A DNA stretch of 64,000 nt, taken from positions 8,416 through 72,415 of the forward strand of contig JAIBAP010000017.1 of assembly GCA_019695115.1 (NCBI GenBank), written 5' to 3'. The DNA is from Caldilineales bacterium (GTDB lineage Bacteria > Chloroflexota > Anaerolineae > J102). A model generated the notes under the pieces. That model saw only the letters and a list, made by a program, of their open reading frames with translations. It was not told where the DNA came from and searched no databases. Within the stretch, counting starts at the first letter, position 1, and each line of letters opens with the position of its first letter. The position numbers and the translations under genes were made by a program. Below are positions 9,659 through 19,746 of this stretch, one piece after another.

Positions 9659-11623
9659 ATGGCAGATGCAACCAACAAGGCAACTGGTCCTGTCGATAAT
9701 TCGCACAGCGCCAACAGCGCCTACAGAGTATTGGCGAGCGGAGCGATCCGTTTCACGGACGGCTTTTGGGCCGAGCGCCAGGCCATCAACCATCGCGTCA
9801 GCCTCAAGCACGGTTATGCCATGCTGAACAAGGCTGGAAATCTCCACAACCTCAGAATGGCCGCCGGCCTGGAGTCCGGCAGCTATCACGGCATGGTGTT
9901 TGCGGATGAGACCGTTTACAAATGGCTCGAGGCCCTGGCCTGGGAACTTGGCCGGGAGCCTGACGCCGACCTGCAATCCCTGGCGGACGAGGTGATTGCC
10001 CTTGTGGAGGCGGCGCAGCAACCCGATGGTTACCTGGATAGCTACTATCAGGTAGTAGAGCCAGAGGGAAAGTGGTCCGATCTCGATTTTGGCCACGAAT
10101 TATATTGCGCCGGCCATCTGCTTCAGGCGGCCGTCGCCTTCGCCCGCGCGGTGGGCGACGAACGTTTGCTGAAGGTCGCGCTTCGCCTCGTCGATCATAT
10201 CGAGACCGTCTTTGGCCCCCACAAGCGCGAAGAGGCGTGCGGGCATCCCGAGATCGAAATGGCGCTGGTGGAATTGTCTCGCCTGACCGGCCAAGATCGC
10301 TACCGGCGTTTGGCGCAGTTCTTCGTCGATCAGCGCGGCAAGCGGAAAATGCGAGGCTTGGGCGCCAGCGGGCCGGAGTATCACCAGGATCACGTGGCTG
10401 TGCGCGCCGCAGAAGGGATGGCCGGCCACGCCGTGCGCCAAACTTATCTGGCGACGGCAGTGGCGGACCTCTATATGGAAACCGGCGAGCAGGCTTTGCT
10501 GGAGACTTGCCACCGCCTGTGGGACGACATGATCGGGGGAAAGCTCTATATCACCGGGGGCGTCGGCTCGCGCTATGACGGCGAATCCTTCGGCGAGAGT
10601 TATGAACTGCCCTCCGACCAATGCTACTGCGAAACCTGCGCTGCCATCGGCAATTTCTTCTGGAATTGGCGTCTGCTGCTGATCAGCGGCGAAGGCCGTT
10701 ACGCCGATCTGATGGAGCGCCTGCTGTATAACGGTATTCTCAGCAGCCCCAGCCTGGGTGGAGCCAACTTTTTCTATGTCAACCCCTTGCTGCTGCGCGA
10801 TGGCCGTTATGTGCGACTCTCTGCTAATCAACCCGAAGGCTATGAGATCTCCGGCCGCCCAGCGTGGCACTCTGTGGCCTGCTGCCCACCCAACGTGATG
10901 CGGCTATTCGCATCCCTGTCCCATTACTTTGCCACCGGCGATGAGACCGGCATTCAAATCCATCATTACAGCCCGATGAGAATCTCCCACTCCCTGGGGG
11001 AAGGCGCTCCGCTTGCTCTGAAGGTGGCGACCGGCTACCCCTGGGATGGACGTATCGAGATTACGATTGTGCAGAGCAACGATCGGCCCTGGAAACTGTC
11101 GCTACGTCTGCCAGGCTGGCGCCAGAGTTTTTCTTTGCAGGTCAACGGCCAGGAGGGATATAACAGTGTGCAAAACGGCTATGCAACGATCGCGCGGGCC
11201 TGGAAGTCGGGTGATGTTGTGGAAATCGAGTTTGCCATGCCGCCTTTCCTGGTCGAAGCCGACCCCCGCATCGATAGCGTGCGCGGTTGCCTGGCCATTC
11301 AGCGCGGCCCGATCGTGTATTGTTTGGAAGAACACGATCAAGCGCCGGGCGCCAACCTGCTCGATATGGAAATCGATCCGGCCGGGGAGTTGGCGGCGCG
11401 TTGGCAGGGCGATCTGTTGGGCGGCGTGACCATTGTGGAGGGGACGGGCTATCAGATGGATCGAAGCGATTGGGCGCAGACTGAACTCTATCGCCCACTG
11501 GGCGCGCGAACCGGGCATCACCCCTCCGCGCGGGTGCTGAGATGGGAGGCCATTCCCTATTACGCCTGGGGCAATCGCGGCTTGAAGAGCATGCGCGTCT
11601 GGATTCCCGGCGCGCGGGGATGA
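9659..11623 (+). CDS. Glycoside hydrolase family 127 (non-reducing-end beta-L-arabinofuranosidase, HypBA1-like)
   Basis: DUF1680-type sequence with the Cys-rich metal/catalytic motifs CETCAAIGNFFWNW and VACCPPN. Start at ATG 9659 (MADATNKATG); the track ORF start at 9482 overlaps the preceding permease. Confidence 0.8.
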   Translation: MADATNKATGPVDNSHSANSAYRVLASGAIRFTDGFWAERQAINHRVSLKHGYAMLNKAGNLHNLRMAAGLESGSYHGMVFADETVYKWLEALAWELGREPDADLQSLADEVIALVEAAQQPDGYLDSYYQVVEPEGKWSDLDFGHELYCAGHLLQAAVAFARAVGDERLLKVALRLVDHIETVFGPHKREEACGHPEIEMALVELSRLTGQDRYRRLAQFFVDQRGKRKMRGLGASGPEYHQDHVAVRAAEGMAGHAVRQTYLATAVADLYMETGEQALLETCHRLWDDMIGGKLYITGGVGSRYDGESFGESYELPSDQCYCETCAAIGNFFWNWRLLLISGEGRYADLMERLLYNGILSSPSLGGANFFYVNPLLLRDGRYVRLSANQPEGYEISGRPAWHSVACCPPNVMRLFASLSHYFATGDETGIQIHHYSPMRISHSLGEGAPLALKVATGYPWDGRIEITIVQSNDRPWKLSLRLPGWRQSFSLQVNGQEGYNSVQNGYATIARAWKSGDVVEIEFAMPPFLVEADPRIDSVRGCLAIQRGPIVYCLEEHDQAPGANLLDMEIDPAGELAARWQGDLLGGVTIVEGTGYQMDRSDWAQTELYRPLGARTGHHPSARVLRWEAIPYYAWGNRGLKSMRVWIPGARG

Positions 11624-11687
11624 CGAAAGGCCGAGGGCCTGTGTTCGAGGAAGTGGCGTCCGCTCTCTCGACCGGACGCCACGAAAG

Positions 11688-14600
11688 TCAATTGCGCTGC
11701 CAGGGCAGGTGCAGGCGATAGCCGATGTAGAGGCGGATGCTGGCCTGACCTGTGGCCCCGGCGCTGTCCTGCGCTCGTAGGGTGATCGTGTGCCAGCCAT
11801 CCGCCAGATCGTTGCGGGGGAGCGATGGCCCGCTGCCCAACTCGCCCTGGCGGTCGCTCGACCACAGCAGGGCGCCATCGGGCAGGCTGCCATCTTCCAG
11901 GTCGACGGCCAGGCCCTGCATCACCACCAGCCCGCCGGGGACGATGGCCTCGCCGTCGTTCGGGTTCGTGATCGTGAGCACGGGGATCTTGTTGGGGATG
12001 GTCACAGGAGCAGACTCAGCGAAGCCGGTGTTGATGCCGTCGGTGGCGACGACACGGAAGCGAGCCTCGGCGCTGCCGGCAAAGGCATCGACAGGCGCTT
12101 CGTAGAACTTCTCCGCCAGGCCGGTGGCTACCAGACTCCAACTCGTCCCGCCGTCGCGGCTGTAGAGCACCGAATAGTGGAGGGTGTCCTCGTCCTCATC
12201 CGCGCCTTCCCATTTCACCGTCTGCACGCTGCCGGCCGGCCAGACGGCAGGCGAAACGGGGTTGGTGATGACGACGGTCGGGTTGTGGGCGCTGACCGGG
12301 CGCTCATCCAGGACGCGGTCGCCCTGGAGCAGGACGACGCGGGTGGCGGTCTCGACCCAGGGGATGATCAACTGCACATCGGCCTGGGGGGTGTCATCGG
12401 GCGAGAAGGGCGGCGGGTCATAAGGCAGAAGCCCGAAGCGACTCCAACGCCAGGGCGCCGGCTGCGGCTGGTCGCTGCCATGCCCGCCGTGTCCATCGTA
12501 CTCGCTCTCGAAGCTGACGCCGAAGGCCTCGCTGTACACCACCTGGTCGCCCGCCCACAATTGCACCGAATAGCCGTCTCCGGGCAGCAGATACTCCATG
12601 CCGCCGTCCACACGGTGCAGGTCGCCGAATTCGCCCAGACGAGGCGGGTCGTACGTGCGATTGTAGAGGGTGGCGTGGATTTCTAGCGATTGTTCGGCGC
12701 CGGTGCGCTGCAAGTTGGCTGCGCCCAGGCGGACGGCGTGACCGTCCTCGGCCGGGGTTTGCGCCGCGGTGAGGGCGTCGAGGGCGATGGACATGTAGTT
12801 CCAGGTGTAGGGCGAGATCCAGCCCTGTTTCGAGCCGCCGGAGGGGCAATAGCTCATGATGTCGTGCGTGCTGGCGGGGTCGTAGATCTTGCCCGTGAGC
12901 GGGTTGAAGCCGAATTCCTGGATGCTGGACGAGGCGTAGGGGAAGCCGGAACTGCTGTCGTTCGAGCCGCAGGCATCGGCGGTGTTGGTGTGCTTGACAT
13001 CGTAATCGTGCGTCAATTCGTGAGCCAAGATCAGCGCGCCCGCACCGGGGTTGTCGGTGTTCGCACCGGGGGCGTCCGTGCCTATGCCCACCACCCCCAG
13101 GCCGCCGGCATGGGGATACACGGGCATGTCGGCATGGCCGCAGGGGTAGCCATCGTTCGGGACCCAGCCATAGACATGGTCGGCATTTGTGAACGTGCCT
13201 TCAAACCAGAAGCCAAAGGCATTGTCGAGTATCCAGGCAAGGTTCAGGGCCTGAATAAGGGCGTGCTGGTTGTTGCTGCCGGTGTTGCTGCTGCACGGGG
13301 TCAGGCTGCTGGTCCAGTCCATATAGCCACTGGCCACCGAGTAGGCGATGCCATTGTTGCGGATGGGCAGAAGCTGCTCGAAGAAGTCGGCCCCGCCGCC
13401 GTTCACCGCCCACCCGCCGGCGTACTGGTTGCCGCCGTAGCCACTGGGATGGTAGCGCAGCCGGCGCCCCACAATCTTGAGGGTGTCGCGTTTGCGGAAG
13501 GTCAGGTTGATCGTCCCTGCCGCCGGATAGCGGTTGTTGCCCTCGTTGGTTTCGCTGAAATTGCCGTTCGGATCGACCTGAGCGTAGAAACTGACGGTGA
13601 CGTCGTTGTTGAAGTTGACGTTGAAGTAGATGTTGGCGCTGTCGGGCTGGCTCTGGTCCAGGGTCGTTCTGGCCCGGCCGCTGGCGTTGGCAATGTACTC
13701 CACCCCATTGGCGAAGATGTGCAGCCGCACCGGCACATTGCTCAGGCTGCCGCCCATCCCACTGCTGTACTTCAAGTAGATGCGGGCGGTGGCATCTTTC
13801 TTGTTCACCAGTGGCAACGAGTTGTCGGCGCAGCCGGCCAGCCCCTTGCTGGTATCGAAACACTGCACGCCCTGGGTGATCTCGATGCCGTGGATGGAGA
13901 GGTCGAACTGGGGCAGGGCGATGGGGACGACCAGTTGTGGAGGCAGGTAAGGGATGGCGACGATGGGGGGAAAGGCAGAGGTTGGTGTTGATGTCGGCGT
14001 GCGTGTGGGTGTTCTCGTTGGCGTGGCGATGAGGGTGGAAGTGGGCGTGAAAGTTGGCGTTGGTGTGGCAGTTGGCGGCTCGGTCGGGGTGGGTGTGGCG
14101 GTCAAGACGGGCGGGGCCGGGGCAAAGAAGAGATCGTCGATGGACTCGGAAAGCGAGGTCTCGAAATAGTCGAGGGTGATGCTGGCGATACGTCCCAGGG
14201 GGTCGTGCAGGCCGATGAACTGGGTGTGCGGTTCGGGGGCGCGGCGTTGGGTCTGGCAGATAAGCGCGCCCGCAGCATCGAAGGCGGCCAGCACGGCGAT
14301 GATGTCCTGGCCCTCGCCGTTGCCCATGTAGAGACCCACGTGCGTCTTGGGGCTATCGAACCAGATGCGCATGGGGATGCCATTGCTGCTGGCCGGGAAG
14401 ACGGCGTTGTTGATGGCCACGTTGGGCGGCGAATGGGCTTCGGCCGGCTCGTTCCCGTAGATGATGGCGCGGGTGTTGGCGGCGTCTTCGAAGCGGACGC
14501 CATGCGATGGTTGGTAGGCGTCGCCGATGACGGCAGCGTTGGCAAGGTCATCGAAGTTGATCAAACCGGGGGCGGGAATCTGCGTGGGGCTTTGCAGATC

Positions 14601-15299
14601 TTCACAAGCCGCAGGCTGCTGCGGGGCGCGGGCTTTGGGGGTGACGTTCAACCCTAGCGTGCCGCTCACCCTGGCTGTGATGTCGCGCGGCGGCTGTTCG
14701 GAGACCAGACCGAAGTAGAAGCTATCGTCGTTGGCGCCGGCGCGGCTGGGGCAGAGCAGCGGGTTGTCGAAATGGAAGATGACCAGGTCGCCGTTCTCCT
14801 CGGCGCTGGTGGGCCGCACTTCGCCGATGCCGCCCTGGGTGATGACGAAGACATCGTCCGGCTTCGCGTCGCCGTTGTAGTCGAGCTGGCGGATGGGGCC
14901 GAATTCGATCTCCACCTGCTGGACGCAGGAGATGGCGGTGATGGGGGTGGCCTCGCCCAGATCGAGGCGGTAGAGGTAGGGGTACAGCCCGGCGCCGGCA
15001 GTGCCTGGCTCGCCCGCTGGCAATAGCCGCGTGATCAGGCGCCCGCTTCCGCTGGCGCCAGGCAAGGTGAAGGTGTCGTTCGAGTCGTTGGGCGTGATCG
15101 TGCAGTCGCCGTCGAAGATGCAATTGAGATCGGGCAACTTGGCTTCGACGAGGCTGAGGGCGACGGCAGGGACGGTTTGCGGTCGCGCTTCGCCAGTAGG
15201 AATGGGCCGAGCCAGGGCCGTCCAGGCGAAGACGCCGGCCACAACGAGCAGGGCGAATGCTGCCGCTGCCTGCAACCGAAATCGTTGGCTTGTGGACAT
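11688..15299 (-). CDS. Large secreted multidomain zinc metalloprotease (HExxH zincin) with Pro/Thr-rich linker
   Basis: Start at ATG (rc 15297-15299) with RBS GGAGGA. N-terminal signal/TM AAAAFALLVVAGVFAW. PT-rich linker. Zinc motif ILAHELTHDYDVKH followed by a DIMSY Met-turn-like segment. C-terminal beta-rich domains. Confidence 0.7.
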   Translation of the reverse strand: MSTSQRFRLQAAAAFALLVVAGVFAWTALARPIPTGEARPQTVPAVALSLVEAKLPDLNCIFDGDCTITPNDSNDTFTLPGASGSGRLITRLLPAGEPGTAGAGLYPYLYRLDLGEATPITAISCVQQVEIEFGPIRQLDYNGDAKPDDVFVITQGGIGEVRPTSAEENGDLVIFHFDNPLLCPSRAGANDDSFYFGLVSEQPPRDITARVSGTLGLNVTPKARAPQQPAACEDLQSPTQIPAPGLINFDDLANAAVIGDAYQPSHGVRFEDAANTRAIIYGNEPAEAHSPPNVAINNAVFPASSNGIPMRIWFDSPKTHVGLYMGNGEGQDIIAVLAAFDAAGALICQTQRRAPEPHTQFIGLHDPLGRIASITLDYFETSLSESIDDLFFAPAPPVLTATPTPTEPPTATPTPTFTPTSTLIATPTRTPTRTPTSTPTSAFPPIVAIPYLPPQLVVPIALPQFDLSIHGIEITQGVQCFDTSKGLAGCADNSLPLVNKKDATARIYLKYSSGMGGSLSNVPVRLHIFANGVEYIANASGRARTTLDQSQPDSANIYFNVNFNNDVTVSFYAQVDPNGNFSETNEGNNRYPAAGTINLTFRKRDTLKIVGRRLRYHPSGYGGNQYAGGWAVNGGGADFFEQLLPIRNNGIAYSVASGYMDWTSSLTPCSSNTGSNNQHALIQALNLAWILDNAFGFWFEGTFTNADHVYGWVPNDGYPCGHADMPVYPHAGGLGVVGIGTDAPGANTDNPGAGALILAHELTHDYDVKHTNTADACGSNDSSSGFPYASSSIQEFGFNPLTGKIYDPASTHDIMSYCPSGGSKQGWISPYTWNYMSIALDALTAAQTPAEDGHAVRLGAANLQRTGAEQSLEIHATLYNRTYDPPRLGEFGDLHRVDGGMEYLLPGDGYSVQLWAGDQVVYSEAFGVSFESEYDGHGGHGSDQPQPAPWRWSRFGLLPYDPPPFSPDDTPQADVQLIIPWVETATRVVLLQGDRVLDERPVSAHNPTVVITNPVSPAVWPAGSVQTVKWEGADEDEDTLHYSVLYSRDGGTSWSLVATGLAEKFYEAPVDAFAGSAEARFRVVATDGINTGFAESAPVTIPNKIPVLTITNPNDGEAIVPGGLVVMQGLAVDLEDGSLPDGALLWSSDRQGELGSGPSLPRNDLADGWHTITLRAQDSAGATGQASIRLYIGYRLHLPWQRN

Positions 15300-15466
15300 G
15301 GGAATCCTCCTTTGGATGGTGAGTGAGACTCGAAAATCAACGCTTTGGGGGAGGATTGCGGCAGCCCGGCGTCCGGCGGCATCACCCCGATGCCATACCG
15401 ATGCCGCACACCGGCTCCGAGGGGATAGCGCAATCAAAACACAAGCAGGGAACGATGTCAAGGGGG

Positions 15467-15660
15467 GGATGGGGGAGACGGGGAGACGCAGGGACGCAGG
15501 GAGGGGGAGATTGGGAGACGCAGGGAGGGGGAGATTGGAGATTGGGGGATTGGCGCGTTGCGGGGGGCAGGCCCGCAGGGCCTTCCATCCGATAGCCGGG
15601 GCCGTTCCACGGCCCGGCGGCCCCACGGCCCGGCGACCCCACGGCCCGGCGCTCCCCCCA
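15467..15660. repeat. Tandem repeats in the 5' region of the protease gene
   Basis: 24-bp unit gggagacgcagggagggggagatt x2, followed by gattgg repeats. 16-bp unit (g/a)ccccacggcccggcg x3. Confidence 0.6.
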
Positions 15661-15663
15661 CCG

Positions 15664-15698
15664 AAAAAACGCAGCCCCGGTCTTTGCACCGGGGCTGC
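15664..15698 (-). terminator. Rho-independent terminator of the OsmC gene
   Basis: On the minus strand GCAGCCCCGGTgcaaagACCGGGGCTGC followed by TTTTTTCGG. Confidence 0.7.
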
Positions 15699-15725
15699 AT
15701 TCGCTTTCTGAAGCAACAAGCGATG

Positions 15726-16142
15726 TCAGGCGGGGGTCGCGTCTTCGCTGACTTCGATCGAGTGCGTGATCGGCGCCCGCAGCGAGGCCGAGACGGTGCA
15801 ATAGCGGGTTTCGGCCAGCTCGACCGCTCGCTCGACCGCAGCCGGGTCGATGTTCACGCCCTTGACGCGATAGGTGATGTGGATTTGGGTGTAGGCTTTC
15901 GGCCAGTCAGGCATCTGCTCGCCTGTGATTTCGACCGTATAGCCGGTTACCGATTGTCGTTTCTTTTCCAGCACACCGATCACGGTGGTGGAGACGCAGC
16001 CGCCCAGGGCGGCCAGCAGCAATTCGCTCGGCCCCATGCCCCGCCCGATGTGATCGCCATCGATGGCGACATCGCCGCCGTGGGGGCTGTTGCCGACAAA
16101 GAATCGTTGTTGTTGCCAATCGACAAAGACCTGTTTGGTCAT
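15726..16142 (-). CDS. OsmC/Ohr-family peroxiredoxin-like protein
   Basis: 138 aa with the OsmC-fold signature (…ALGGCVSTTV… and a C-terminal Cys-containing motif). Confidence 0.8.
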   Translation of the reverse strand: MTKQVFVDWQQQRFFVGNSPHGGDVAIDGDHIGRGMGPSELLLAALGGCVSTTVIGVLEKKRQSVTGYTVEITGEQMPDWPKAYTQIHITYRVKGVNIDPAAVERAVELAETRYCTVSASLRAPITHSIEVSEDATPA

Positions 16143-16220
16143 AGTTAGGAGACTCCTGGAATGAGAGGGAACGATTTGTGAAGCGATGTACTACATCTTG
16201 CCACGCAATGATACTCGGTC

Positions 16221-16293
16221 GTGAACCGTGAAGCGTGAAGCGTGAAGATCGTCGCTGTCTTCTCACGTTTCACGCCTCACGTTTCACGTTTCA
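16221..16293. repeat. Palindromic GTGAAGC heptamer array
   Basis: cgtgaaccgtgaagcgtgaagcgtgaag … cacgtttcacgcctcacgtttcacgtttcacg. Abuts the GNAT stop codon. Confidence 0.6.
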
Positions 16294-17160
16294 CGATCCT
16301 TTCAAGCTGAGGCTCATTTCGTGCTGGCGCAGGCTGACGCGGTAGCCCAGGGCAAAGAACAGGTGGTTGAGATGGGAATCAACCGGCTCGTTGCCCAGTT
16401 GGGGCGCGGCCTGGCGGAAGCTGTGGTAGAGCGCCTGCAAGAGCGGGCGGCCGGCGCTGCGGATGCCGACAGCCGGATCGACCGCCACATCGGCCAGCCG
16501 CAGCTTGCCCTCGAGCGGTGGGAAGCCGAGGGCGTAGGCTACAGGCCCGGCCACAGGCCCAGCCTCGCGCACCAATGCCCACCCGCGCAGCCCGACCCGG
16601 GGGAAGTGGCGGAGGGTGGCGCGCTGGCGCTGCCAGCAGGGCGGCTGGTCGTGCCAGCCAAAGCAGGTTTCCAGCAGGCGGGCGGGGTCGAACTCGGTGA
16701 TGAATTCGTCGGGAACGGGCAGCAGTTCCTGGTCGGCGGCTCGGCTCCAGGTCAGCAACTCGCGTTCCACCTTCCAGCCCAACTCTTCGTACAGCTGGCG
16801 GGCGGCGTCGTTCTGGTAGAGGACTTCGAGCCGCAACTGATGCAGCCCGGCTTCCTGGGCGTGCTGCGCCAGTGCTTGCATCAGGGCGCGGGCCACGCCG
16901 TGCCGGCGATGGTCGGGCCGCACGCTCACCCCCGCCACCCAACCGCAATCGCCCCGCCGTCCCAACTGGGCAATGCCGATCAGGTCGCCGCCGACATGAG
17001 CCGCCAGCGAAAGGTCGAGATCGATGTCGTGCGAGCGGACGAAGAACTCGTATTGGTCGGGGTCGAAGTGCAGCGCCACGGCATAGTCCTGGAAGCCGGC
17101 GTTGAGGACGTCGACCAGGGCGGCAGTGGAACAGGCCGAGGCCGGGATGAGGGAGGGCAT
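16291..17160 (-). CDS. GNAT-family N-acetyltransferase
   Basis: Acetyl-CoA-binding motif RRHGVARALMQAL and overall GNAT pattern. Real start is ATG at rc 17158-17160. The upstream part of the 578-aa track ORF is an alternate-frame artifact overlapping the add gene. Confidence 0.7.
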   Translation of the reverse strand: MPSLIPASACSTAALVDVLNAGFQDYAVALHFDPDQYEFFVRSHDIDLDLSLAAHVGGDLIGIAQLGRRGDCGWVAGVSVRPDHRRHGVARALMQALAQHAQEAGLHQLRLEVLYQNDAARQLYEELGWKVERELLTWSRAADQELLPVPDEFITEFDPARLLETCFGWHDQPPCWQRQRATLRHFPRVGLRGWALVREAGPVAGPVAYALGFPPLEGKLRLADVAVDPAVGIRSAGRPLLQALYHSFRQAAPQLGNEPVDSHLNHLFFALGYRVSLRQHEMSLSLKGS

Positions 17161-17187
17161 ACGGCGGAAATCAGAGGGCGGAGAACG

Positions 17188-17222
17188 AAACACACACCAC
17201 GGAACCCGGAACCCGGAACCCT
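17188..17222. repeat. GGAACCC heptamer repeat
   Basis: cacggaacccggaacccggaaccc. Confidence 0.55.
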
Positions 17223-17224
17223 CC

Positions 17225-18292
17225 TCACCCCCACCCCTTGCGAAGCCGGGCGAACTCGCGGCGGAATTCGGCGGCCAGGGTAGATTTGCGGTCGGGGGGC
17301 AGGAAGCTGGCCGCGAGGGCGTTGAGGGCGATGCGTTCGAGATCGTCGGCCGTGAAGCCGAAATGGTCGATAAGGGCGTGATATTCTTGCGTGAGGGTGG
17401 TGCCGAACAGCGGCGGGTCGTCGGAATTGACGGTGACGAAGACGCCGGCATCCCACAGCCGGCGCAGGGGATGGGCGGCAAAGCTGGAGTAGATGCCGAG
17501 GGCCAGGTTGGAGGTGGGATTGATCTCCAGCGGGATCTGGCGCTCGACCAGGAAAGCGACCAGGGAGGGGTCTTCGCTGGCCCGCACGCCGTGACCGATG
17601 CGGTCGGCGCCCAGGTCGCGGAGGGCGGCCCACACGCTATCGGGGCCTTGCGTCTCGCCGGCATGGGGGACGCTGGCCAGGCCGCCGGCGCGGGCATGGG
17701 CGAAGGCGGCGGCGAAGGCGGCGGCCGGCGCGCCGACCTCGTTGCCGCCCAGTCCCAGGGCCACGACGCCCCGGCCTTGCCAGGCCAGGGCCATCGCCAC
17801 CGTAGGATCGCTGGCTGCACCCGTATAGACGCCGTTGCTGAAGCTGAGATTACGTGGGATATCGAGCACCCAGGCCATTTCGACGCCGAAATCCCGTCGC
17901 GCCGCCTGTCGCCCGGCCTCCAGCCCGGCGATGAGGTCGTCGGCGACCAGCCCCTTCTCTTGCCAGAGATGGGTGTAGGGTGTGAAGGTGATTTCGGCGT
18001 AGCGCGTGTTCTGGCGCTGCATCTCACGCCCGAAGTCGTAGGCGATCAGCTCGAAATCGGCCGGTGTGCGCAAGAGGTTGGAGATGTCAATGTAGACCTG
18101 GATGAAGTGACGGAAGTCGGTGAAGCGAAACCACCGGCGCAACCCTTCTTCATCCGCGGCGGGCAGGGGCAACCCGTGGCGCCGGGCCAGGGCCAGGACG
18201 GTGGCAGGTTGGATGGCGCCTTCCAGGTGGACGTGAAGCTCCACCTTGGGCATGGCGGCGGCGAAGGCGTGAAGCGGGGTGGTGTTGGGCAT
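17225..18292 (-). CDS. add: Adenosine deaminase
   Basis: Metal-binding HVHLEG near the N-terminus, SVPHAGE, and the C-terminal TVNSDDP motif. Start is uncertain: ATG at 18292 (MPNTT) or 18253 (MPKVELHVHLEG). The track TTG start at 18394 is less likely. Confidence 0.8.
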   Translation of the reverse strand: MPNTTPLHAFAAAMPKVELHVHLEGAIQPATVLALARRHGLPLPAADEEGLRRWFRFTDFRHFIQVYIDISNLLRTPADFELIAYDFGREMQRQNTRYAEITFTPYTHLWQEKGLVADDLIAGLEAGRQAARRDFGVEMAWVLDIPRNLSFSNGVYTGAASDPTVAMALAWQGRGVVALGLGGNEVGAPAAAFAAAFAHARAGGLASVPHAGETQGPDSVWAALRDLGADRIGHGVRASEDPSLVAFLVERQIPLEINPTSNLALGIYSSFAAHPLRRLWDAGVFVTVNSDDPPLFGTTLTQEYHALIDHFGFTADDLERIALNALAASFLPPDRKSTLAAEFRREFARLRKGWG

Positions 18293-18405
18293 GTGGGCAA
18301 GGTACCACAATCGGGCAGGTTGATCAAAGCCGGTTTGCCGCCCGTGCGGTATAATGCCTGCCTCATCCCTCGTGAACACCGCCCACGCGTCCAAGCATTT
18401 TGCCT

Positions 18406-19743
18406 ATGTCCATCCATGATCTTCGCTCCTATCTCGCCGTCCTCGAGTCCCACGGCCAGTTGGCTCGGATCGACCGGCCGCTCGATCTGGTGCACGAACT
18501 GGCCGATGTCGCCGCCACTCTCGCCCGCACCGGCGGCCCCGCCCCGCTGTTCACCCAGGTGCAGGGTTCGCCCTGGCCGATCTTCACCAATGCCGTCACC
18601 AACCAGAAGACGGCTGCCCTGGCCCTGGGATGCACGGAGGACAGGGTGATCGAAGTCATGGAGCACGCCCTCGACCCGGCTCACGGCCTCGCGCCCGTGC
18701 GTGTGGCTGCCGCCGCCTGGCAGGAGAACGTGCTCAGGGGGGAGGAGGTCGATGTCGGGCGCTTGCCCCTGCCCACCCACTCGCGCGGCGATGGCGGCGC
18801 CTTCATCACCGGCGGTGTGACCATCACCAAAGACCCGGTCTCGGGGCGGGGCAATCTCTCCTACAACCGCATGTTGCGGCTTGGCCCGCGCACCTTCGGC
18901 TTCAATCTCAACGAGTGGCGGCATGCGGGCATGTTCATGAAGAGCCGGCCCGACCCGCTCGCCCCCTTCCCGGCGGCGATTGCCATCGGCCTCGACCCGG
19001 CCATCACCATCGCCGCCGGGGTGCGCACCGAGGCCGACGAACTGACCCTTGCCGGGGCCATCCGCGGCGAGGGGGTGAGGGTGGCGCGCGGGGTCACAGT
19101 TGATGTGGACATCCCTGCCGAAGCCGAAATCGTGGTCGAGGGCCTGATCCGGCCGGCCGAACGCCAGCCCGAAGGCCCCCTGGCCGAATTTCATGGCTAT
19201 CACGGCGAGTTGTGGAACAGCCCCACCTTCGAGGTCACGGCCATCGGCTGGCGGGATGACCCCATCTTCCAAACCATCATCCCCGGCTGGTACGAGCACA
19301 TCTATATCGGCAATGTCTTGCCGCGTGAGCCGCTGCTACGGCGCTTCGTCCGCCACATCGAAAAGACGGCCAACGTTCACATCCCGCCCTACGGCAATGG
19401 CTTCCTGGCGGTGGTGCAGATCAAGCGCGACAACCCCGGCCAGCCCAAGAACCTGGCCATGGCCGCCATGGCCGCGCACATCAATATCCGCAACGTCATC
19501 GTCGTCGATGATGACGTGGACATCTATGACCCGGCCGATGTGCTGTGGGCCTTGACCAATCGTGTGGATTGGACGCGCGACATCTTCATCGCCCCCGAAG
19601 CGCAGGGCCACGAGATGGACCCGGTGGCCAACCAACGCGGCGTCGGCCCCAAGCTGGGCATCGACGCCACCTACAAGCGCGAGCGCCGCGAATACGGCCA
19701 ACGCGTCCGCTATGCGGTCGTCGATTTGAACCAATACCTGTAG
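18406..19743 (+). CDS. UbiD-family (prFMN-dependent) decarboxylase
   Basis: Full-length UbiD pattern (…GPLAEFHGYHGE…, C-terminal oligomerisation region). ATG at 18406 (MSIHDL); the track start is TTG at 18400. Confidence 0.85.
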   Translation: MSIHDLRSYLAVLESHGQLARIDRPLDLVHELADVAATLARTGGPAPLFTQVQGSPWPIFTNAVTNQKTAALALGCTEDRVIEVMEHALDPAHGLAPVRVAAAAWQENVLRGEEVDVGRLPLPTHSRGDGGAFITGGVTITKDPVSGRGNLSYNRMLRLGPRTFGFNLNEWRHAGMFMKSRPDPLAPFPAAIAIGLDPAITIAAGVRTEADELTLAGAIRGEGVRVARGVTVDVDIPAEAEIVVEGLIRPAERQPEGPLAEFHGYHGELWNSPTFEVTAIGWRDDPIFQTIIPGWYEHIYIGNVLPREPLLRRFVRHIEKTANVHIPPYGNGFLAVVQIKRDNPGQPKNLAMAAMAAHINIRNVIVVDDDVDIYDPADVLWALTNRVDWTRDIFIAPEAQGHEMDPVANQRGVGPKLGIDATYKRERREYGQRVRYAVVDLNQYL

Positions 19744-19746
19744 TTT

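Noticed and set aside
16291-18027. 578-aa ORF on the minus strand
   Set aside because: Composite: only the C-terminal 289 aa (GNAT domain, ATG at 17160) is real. The N-terminal half is an out-of-frame read across the adenosine deaminase gene.
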